Assembly (NCBI GenBank): GCA_963845755.1
Contig: CAWJTV010000039.1
Span: 401,457 to 465,456, forward strand
Direction: 5' to 3'
DNA: 64,000 nucleotides
DNA from: an uncultured Planctomycetota bacterium
GTDB lineage: Bacteria > Planctomycetota > Planctomycetia > Isosphaerales > Isosphaeraceae
The translations under genes and the position numbers were made by a program. Positions 57,840-64,000 of this stretch are shown piece after piece. Under the pieces are notes generated by a model, which did not search any database, had not been told where the DNA came from, and saw only the letters and a program-made list of their open reading frames with translations. Within the stretch, counting starts at the first letter, position 1. Each line of letters opens with the position of its first letter.

Positions 57840-59584
57840 TTTTTTCTGGGCGCCCTGCGGGGCGCGGACAGCGATCGCTCCGAGTCCGACAGCGTGTGTC
57901 CTGGCTCCCCGTTTGCGGGGAGCCAGGACACACGCTGTTTCTCGTTCTCCAGACAACGCCGGTGGTCCTGCGATCGACACTCTCCTTGTCCTTGCCGAAG
58001 AACTCCCGAGACCGCGGCTGGTGGCTTCGTCACGCGCGTTGCGCCTTCCAGGAGGCCGCGACCACCTTCTCTCCGTGTCGATCCTCACTCAAGGGACCGA
58101 GCACCCGTTACTGTGTTCGTCCGCGGACGACTCCGAAGCCAGGTGTGGGGACAAACCCATCTAACAAACGGTCGGCTGCCGCCAACCAGACGTGCTCGCC
58201 CGGTCGCCCCCTCCAGCCCGGTACGCTCGTGATTCTTCCCTCAAGGCCCCTGGTTTCATTTTAGTAATAATGTTATTACATGAACAAATTCAGTGGTCAT
58301 TCGACCTTTGCTGATGCAGGCAGTCGGCCGTTGAGCTTCTTCTCCCACGGCGTGAATTCCGCCCCCTCGGGCACCTCGCCCTGCTCCAGGTATCGCCAGA
58401 GCGCGATCAACAACTTGCGAGCCAGTGCCACGATCCCCACCTTGCGCCTGCGCGTTGCCCTCGCCGAACCGACGCTGATACCACTGGCTCAAGGCGCTAT
58501 TGGGCTGCCAGTGCAGCCAGCCCCAGGCGATCTCCACCGCCATCCACCGCAGACGGCGATTGCCCGCCTTGCTGATCCCTTGCTCACGACGGCTGTCGCC
58601 GCTGTCGTACGGCGTCGGCGCCAACCCGGCCAGGCTCGCCAGCTCGCGGCGATTCTTGATCGCTCGCCAGCCGAAGAACTCGCGGACGAACAGCGTCGCG
58701 CTCATCGGGCCGATCGCCTTGAGGTTGAGCAAGAGCCGCAGCTTCTCGACGTCGGCCGTCGCGTCGTCGCGGAACGCACGCCTCTGGGCGTTCTCCAGGT
58801 CGTGCGCCTGGCGGTCCACCAAAGTCCAGCGGTCGAACTCGCGGAGGATGCGGGCACTCAGCTCGGCCGGGACCGGCCTCCCATCCCATTGGCGAAGTTG
58901 GCCGAGGCGTTCCGGCAACTGGTCATCGACCTCGACATCGAGGCCGAGGTTGGCGAGCAGGCCTTTTATGCGATTGGAGTGCTCGGTGCGCTGACCCTTG
59001 ACGGCGATCAGCTCGCGGTGGGGCTGACGGCGATCTTCGTCGTCGGGCGTGGGGATGCGGACGACGCTCCAGAGCTTGTGCTCGCCGCCGTGATAGCGGA
59101 TCAACATCGTCAGGAGCTTGCCGACATCGAGACGATCGCTCTTGGCGCGACGCGCGCGGCGGTTGACCTCGATGCTGGCGGCGTTAACGACCAGGTTCGT
59201 GACGGCGTGGTGTTGGAGATAGCGATGGAGCCAGAAGCCGTCGCGGCCGGCCTCGTAGCAGGAGAGCACGGGGGCGTCACCGGGGAGGGCGAACCGGTGC
59301 CTGGCGCAGAGGATCTCGCGCTGAAGGGCGTCGAGATCGCGAGCGGCGATGGTGCGGAGCCGCGGCTTCTGGGCCATGGCGGTGGTGAAGGCGAGGTTCC
59401 AGGAGGTCCAGCCGAGTTCGAACGCGAGGTAGAGCGTGTTCGAGCCGGTGGTGATAGGATGAAGGTCGTGGGTCGCTGACATGGTGAGACTCCGTGGTTG
59501 AGAGGGATTTGGTGAAAGACCTCTTCTGAGGAGCTTACCGTCAGCGGCTCACAGTTTTCTGCCCGGTCGCTCCGGACATAGTAT
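57805..59584 (-). mobile_element. IS110-family element, copy 2, inserted at the attC R'' CT core (CT at 57803-57804 and 59585-59586)
   Basis: Same ends as copy 1; removal restores TTCTAAC and the upstream stop codon. Confidence 0.92.
58296..59482 (-). CDS. IS110 transposase/recombinase (indel near 58445)
   Basis: Same motifs as copy 1. Confidence 0.95.
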
Positions 59585-59668
59585 CTAACGAGGCGATGCA
59601 GCGGACCCGCCTGACAGCGGGCCGCTGATCTGGGTCTTTAGGCGGTATTCCGATTGCACGGGGGCGAC

Positions 59669-60031
59669 ATGAAGGTCGGTGATGACCCATACTTCACGGC
59701 GACTGATAAGGCCAAGTCGCATCCGCCCCGCGGCAAAGCGCTGCTCGTGGTGCGAATCCCTTGGTGCCTCTCCTGGCTCGCCGTGGCGTTCCTGTCCATG
59801 CAGGTGTTCGTCTCACCGATCATCTACTCGTCGCGGCTGGCGACCGGGGCCTACATCATGATGGAGCTCGGGGCCGGGGCGCTGGCTGCTATCGGAGCCT
59901 CCGGCGTGCTCGTCGCTCGACTCGTGCGGTCAAGGGGCTCGTCCGATCTGTACACGAGGAGGCTGGTTTGGTCTATACTGAGGGGCCTGCTTGTCGTCTT
60001 CATTATATTGACGATGATCGAGGTCGCCTGA
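59669..60031 (+). CDS. Cassette: three-TM membrane protein
   Basis: Hydrophobic ORF between attC sites. Confidence 0.6.
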   Translation: MKVGDDPYFTATDKAKSHPPRGKALLVVRIPWCLSWLAVAFLSMQVFVSPIIYSSRLATGAYIMMELGAGALAAIGASGVLVARLVRSRGSSDLYTRRLVWSILRGLLVVFIILTMIEVA

Positions 60032-60117
60032 GGGAGTGCCGGGCTAACGAAGCATTCCAGCGGACCCCACTGCGCGGGGCCGCTGATCTGGGTCGTTGGA
60101 CGGCACGATCGAATCCC

Positions 60118-60516
60118 ATGTTAGGACAAGTCTTCGGATGTACTTCTTGCGACTTCGGTTTCTCGTCCGGGTGGTCCCACCATGCCGGGGGGCAACTGAT
60201 GGTGTGCCGTCACTGCGCGACCCACTTCGTCCTCGGCGGTGGGCAATCATGCTGGGGCGAAACAACGGGCGAGCAACTCCAGCTCTTTCGATCCGATGAC
60301 GAGAAGGATGTCCCGACTGGCGTGCGAGTCAGGGTCCAGGTCCGTGTCGTCCCCGACAGCGAGGACTGGGACGGCATCTCATACCTGGATCTCCCCGACC
60401 TCGCCTGCCCGCATTGCAACCGTCCCGGCGCTTTGGTTCAATCGTTCGTGGTAGGTCATACGTGTCCCGCGTGTCATCAGGGCACCATTATGGTGACGAG
60501 CTCCTGTATCTATTGA
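60118..60516 (+). CDS. Cassette: multi-CxxC zinc-ribbon protein
   Basis: CTSC, CRHC, CPHC, CPAC. Confidence 0.7.
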   Translation: MLGQVFGCTSCDFGFSSGWSHHAGGQLMVCRHCATHFVLGGGQSCWGETTGEQLQLFRSDDEKDVPTGVRVRVQVRVVPDSEDWDGISYLDLPDLACPHCNRPGALVQSFVVGHTCPACHQGTIMVTSSCIY

Positions 60517-60618
60517 GCGCGGTCTAACAAGGCGATGCAGCGGACCCGCTGCGCGGACCGCTGATCTCGAGGGTTAGGCGTCAGGTCCCGATTCCGACCT
60601 TTGGCATAGGCGTTATCA

Positions 60619-61206
60619 ATGTCCGCCCGCGGCTCTTTCGTCACGAATCCAGGCGCTCGGTCGTCGAAATTACTGACCGAGGCGACGAATCGGATCCCTC
60701 TGTTTTGGTTGTCGTTCCTCTCGACGGAGGACATCGATCGCGCCGAGCACGCGGGACAATTCAGGATGGACCGGGTGCGGTCAATCGAACGGGCCTCAAA
60801 CAGCCTTCCCTTTTTCTTGGAACTCTTCCCGGATGTCAACGTGTTCGAGGGAACGGCCGGCAACCTTCTCAAGTTGGTCAGATCCAAAAGGGCCAAGACC
60901 ATTGGAATCGAGATCATTGAACTGTTGGAGGAGTTGCAGGACTCGGAGGGCAACGAGGGGATGCCGAAGCTCCGAACCGCTGTGGAGGCCATCGAGAGGC
61001 GAGACGCTGGCTATTCGCTGACCATTCCAGCGCGAACAATCAAGAATCCCTTCACCCACGAGGATATGCATCTCAAGGAACGGAGGTTTGGCTCTACGAG
61101 GGAGATGCTGCTCTCCATATGCTCGCATCGAACTGAGGATCTGCAATCAAGAAAGAAAGAGGAAGTTCAAGATGCGATTGTCGGTCGGATCTGGGAGTGG
61201 GAGTAA
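60619..61206 (+). CDS. Cassette: hypothetical protein, paralog of 54084-54670
   Basis: Intact 195 aa ORF. Confidence 0.75.
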   Translation: MSARGSFVTNPGARSSKLLTEATNRIPLFWLSFLSTEDIDRAEHAGQFRMDRVRSIERASNSLPFFLELFPDVNVFEGTAGNLLKLVRSKRAKTIGIEIIELLEELQDSEGNEGMPKLRTAVEAIERRDAGYSLTIPARTIKNPFTHEDMHLKERRFGSTREMLLSICSHRTEDLQSRKKEEVQDAIVGRIWEWE

Positions 61207-61297
61207 TCGGTGCAAACCAAACCGGAAGCCGCGCCTAACCCCTCATTGCAGCGGCCCCGCTTCGCGGGCCGCTGAATTCATCCGCTAGGGGGCTCAA

Positions 61298-61612
61298 GTG
61301 AACCGCCTCTACTTCGCGTGTCCGAACTGCCGCGTCTATATCGATGCGGGCTACCGGTGGGCCTACTGGCTCCTGGAAGAACCCAGCATCGCAAGGCACA
61401 ACGCGGGCGTCGATATCGAGGCGGTTCTTGCCACGGCCGGGTATTGGACCGCGCTTCCGGAAGACCGCTCCGAATGGCTTATCGAACGAATCTTGCCCGC
61501 TGTCCGTCAGTTCTTGCACGAACATCGTGCCCATGGCATTGTCTACACCGACGAAGGGGCTCTCTGCAATGAAGACTCGCTTTACTATGACTGGTCGGAA
61601 GTCGAGACCTAG
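61298..61612 (+). CDS. Cassette: small CxxC protein
   Basis: YFACPNCRVYIDAG...FLHEHRAH. Confidence 0.7.
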   Translation: MNRLYFACPNCRVYIDAGYRWAYWLLEEPSIARHNAGVDIEAVLATAGYWTALPEDRSEWLIERILPAVRQFLHEHRAHGIVYTDEGALCNEDSLYYDWSEVET

Positions 61613-61691
61613 CGTCCCCTAACCCGGCGTTGCAGCGGACCCGCCTGGGGCGGGCCGCCAAACCTTTTCGTTAGACGGCGGAGGATTCGAC

Positions 61692-62135
61692 ATGGGAGCC
61701 GAGCCTTACTGGTACGTTGTCAAGTACGAGGACGACATCGACTCTGCTCTGCAATCGCTCAGGCGTCGAGAGTTCCTCGCCGGCCGATACAATCCCGTGA
61801 TGCCGTTCCCCGGATTCCCGCTTGGACCCAATCCCCCCGCGCCCGGTGCCGGTCACGCGACCATCGCGGAGGCGATCGCGGAGGCCGGTGCCGACGGTAC
61901 CCGGTCCATCCTGGACCTGGAGCGCGTCTCGGACGAGCTGGAGTTCGGGGTGGTCGCGACCCTCGCAGACGAGAAGCTGATACGCCTATTCGGCACGACG
62001 AGGCCGTCGCGCCAGGTGGTCGAATCGAACCACGATTTCTGGGACGGCATCGAGAGGGGCGAGGGCATCTACGTCGTTCTCTACAAGAACGACAAGCCGG
62101 ATGAGTTTTTTTTCGCAGGGTACTCGTGCGACTAG
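61692..62135 (+). CDS. Cassette: conserved hypothetical protein
   Basis: MGAEPYWY...GTRSILD...FFAGYSCD; GGAGG RBS. Confidence 0.75.
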   Translation: MGAEPYWYVVKYEDDIDSALQSLRRREFLAGRYNPVMPFPGFPLGPNPPAPGAGHATIAEAIAEAGADGTRSILDLERVSDELEFGVVATLADEKLIRLFGTTRPSRQVVESNHDFWDGIERGEGIYVVLYKNDKPDEFFFAGYSCD

Positions 62136-62216
62136 AGGCATCACTCGCTTAACCTTCGGTTGCAGCGGACCCGCCTGAGGCGGGCCGCCAAACCTTTTCG
62201 TTAGACGGCGAGGTCG

Positions 62217-62576
62217 ATGGACGACATCCCTGACAGCTCCAACTTCTTCGCCTCGCTGCATACTTCGCTCTCCCGGCGGCGAGTCGCCGGGCTCTTCGCG
62301 CGGCTGGGCTGGAGCGTCCGTAAGTGTAGCTGGACGGACTACGAGATCCGGAGCCCGTTCGCCGAATTGGTCATCGAGGCGGAGTCACTGATCCTCATGC
62401 ATGGCCCGGTGGCCGAAGTGGAGATCAACGCCAACCGAATCCTTGTCCCCCTCAGGCATGCCGGGGTACGCTACGCTGCGGAATGCTACAGTGCGGGCAA
62501 TGACCTCCTCCAGGAGTTCCGCTGGGGGACCGTCTCACACGGCGATGCAGCGGACCCGCCTGCGGCGGGCCGCTGA
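62217..62576 (+). CDS. Cassette: hypothetical protein; reads through a mutated attC R''
   Basis: GTCTCAC in place of GTCTAAC removes an in-frame TAA. Confidence 0.65.
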   Translation: MDDIPDSSNFFASLHTSLSRRRVAGLFARLGWSVRKCSWTDYEIRSPFAELVIEAESLILMHGPVAEVEINANRILVPLRHAGVRYAAECYSAGNDLLQEFRWGTVSHGDAADPPAAGR

Positions 62577-62617
62577 TCTTTAGCGTTAGGCCAAGGAAAG
62601 AATGAGGTCCAGCGGCG

Positions 62618-62860
62618 ATGCGATGGCTCCTGCCGAGATTCACGATCCGCCGTCTCCTGTTGGTGACGTCCATCGCTTGCCCGCTTTCGGCCTCGCTTAT
62701 CGGCTATATCACGGGCATCTACTGCCCGCTTTGCTTCTCCGGTGAGACCAACCGAGAATATCGCTGCCTCTTGATTAAATACACTCCAGATGGGCAGAGA
62801 GAAGAGTCTCTCGGAACCCCGCTCGGTTGGCGCTGCCGTCGATGCGAATTGTTGTGGTAG
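62618..62860 (+). CDS. Cassette: small protein with RFTIRRLLL N-terminus and CxxC pairs
   Basis: CPLC...CRRC. Confidence 0.6.
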   Translation: MRWLLPRFTIRRLLLVTSIACPLSASLIGYITGIYCPLCFSGETNREYRCLLIKYTPDGQREESLGTPLGWRCRRCELLW

Positions 62861-62871
62861 GTCGGGCGCCT

Positions 62872-63215
62872 TCTATGAACCCGCTGAAGCCAAGCCCCCG
62901 ACTGATTTTTCCCGGGCGCCCCGCGGGGGCAGACCGCGATCTACAGCGAGTGTCCTGGCTCCCCGCAAACGGGGAGCCAGGACACTCGCCGCTTCTCGTT
63001 CTCCAGACAACGCCGGTGGTCCTGCGATCGACACACTCCTTGCCCTTGCCGACGGACTCCCAAGACCGCGGCTGGTGGCTTCGTCACGCGCGTCGCGCCT
63101 GCCAGGAGGCCGCGACCACCTTCTCTCCGTGTCGATCCCCACTCAAGGGACCGAGCACTCGTTACTCTGTTCGTCCGCGGACGACTCCGAAGCCAGGGGT
63201 GGAGGCAAACCCATC
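62872..63215 (-). mobile_element. Truncated, diverged IS110 3' end (non-coding part only) at a presumed attC R'' (GC-CT)
   Basis: Homologous to 45364-45720; preceded by gcgc-CT. Confidence 0.8.
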
Positions 63216-63321
63216 GATACTTCACGCGGCCATGAGTGAAACATCTTTGAACTGCTGAAAATGGGGCGTCATTAGACCCCTTTAAGGAGAAGATTTGGCG
63301 CACTTGAGTCAAGTTTTTGGA

Positions 63322-64000
63322 TCAAGCGGCCACAGGAACTTTTGCTTTCTCTATATATCGGTTCACCTCTCGATCGAAACGGTCCACGCGCGGCGCAGCG
63401 GAGTGCCGTCGGGGAACTCTTCCGCGAAGATCTCCACGAGTGCCGGCCGGAACAACCGCGCATGACACCGCGTGAACCACATCGCCACCCGGAGCCCCTT
63501 GGCGGTCACCGTGTAGCGATGGGATGCGGGGCGCGTTCAATCAGCCCGTGTAGACGCAAGCGGCGGAGTTGGTACGTCAGTCGGCCCTGGGTCCATTGGC
63601 TGGGATCAACCCCCAGCAGTGAAGCCAGATGCTCCCGCAGATCACCACTGCGAAATCCCCGGGGCAACAACCGCAGCACCAACAACACGCTCAACAACGC
63701 CTGCACCAGCTCGTCACCGAACCGCAAGGCCGACGCCCGTTGCTCGCCCACGCGGCAGGGACCGGTCACTTCCGGGAACACCGCCTCGGAGAAGGCGAAG
63801 TCTTGGCTGGTCTTTTCGACATCCAACAGCCGTCGTGTGGCTTGAAAGCCCAACTCCCGCAACGCGGGAAGATTCTCCAGCTTCCGACCCAGGCCGAACT
63901 CCCCGGCATCGTTGACGGTCAGTTCCGTCCGCAACGCACGGCCTTCCTTGAAATACTGCTTCAGGCGACTCGACTTATAGTCCACGTACAGCGACGGGAT
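63322..64000 (-). CDS. Putative transposase of an unclassified family with C-terminal winged helix; 5' part outside window; frameshifted
   Basis: KQYFKEGRALRTELTVND...LTYQLRRLRLHGLIER..HRYTVT. Confidence 0.6.

Larger units (their letters stand above)
43790..62591 (+). repeat. 28 attC sites, consensus RYCTAAC..GCG(A/T)TGCAGCGGACCCGC..GCGGGCCGCTGA(T/A)CT..CGTTAGRY
   Basis: 43790-43850, 44307-44366, 44658-44715, 47143-47200, 48269-48329, 48693-48750, 49092-49150, 49626-49684, 50141-50200, 50489-50549, 51197-51254, 51562-51619, 52247-52305, 52625-52687, 53418-53475, 53985-54044, 54697-54754, 55186-55243, 55823-55880, 56088-56184 (long, degenerate), 56809-56869, 59583-59643, 60042-60101, 60522-60579, 61233-61290, 61617-61676, 62147-62206, 62532-62591. 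Confidence 0.95.
43485..62871 (+). mobile_element. Integron gene-cassette array (about 29 cassettes, ORFs on +)
   Basis: Short ORFs each bounded by attC sites, downstream of divergent intI and attI. Confidence 0.95.

Noticed and set aside
43790..62591. Repeats as a CRISPR array
   Set aside because: Spacers are whole genes of about 200-1000 bp, the repeats have attC R/L box structure, and there are no cas genes

Overview
GC-rich bacterial DNA whose gene content points to a planctomycete, probably Isosphaeraceae-like (LEPR-XLL surface protein, BlaI/M56-WD40, PEP-CTERM, DUF4058, ASPIC/UnbV, TPR kinases). Single-base frameshifts hit many genes, including rpmB, so most are probably long-read indel errors and not pseudogenes. 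Bases 1-41.1 kb are ordinary chromosome: GH29 fucosidase, rpmB/rpmF, BlaI-M56 with visible operators, an unusual peroxiredoxin-Ser/Thr kinase fusion, CotH/DUF4956, FKBP, ExbB/ExbD/vWA, hppA and an aldo/keto reductase. From about 42.5 kb to the end lies a large chromosomal integron: a decayed, truncated intI, candidate Pc and attI, and about 29 cassettes separated by 28 visible, mostly short (about 58-63 bp) homogeneous attC sites. The most striking system is an IS110-family element present twice in full and once as a truncated variant. It always inserts at the CT of the attC R'' box (RY-CT-AAC) and rebuilds a consensus R'' (ATCTAAC). Its structured 3' non-coding end carries loop sequences matching the attC target and its own circle junction, so it is a candidate attC-programmed bridge-RNA recombinase. 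Also present: a REP-carrying MITE with TIR/TSD inside one cassette, a candidate new toxin-antitoxin cassette, a gene-less promoter cassette, an exactly duplicated cassette and a transposase-like gene at the right edge. All family calls come from motif recognition by eye; no database searches were run.
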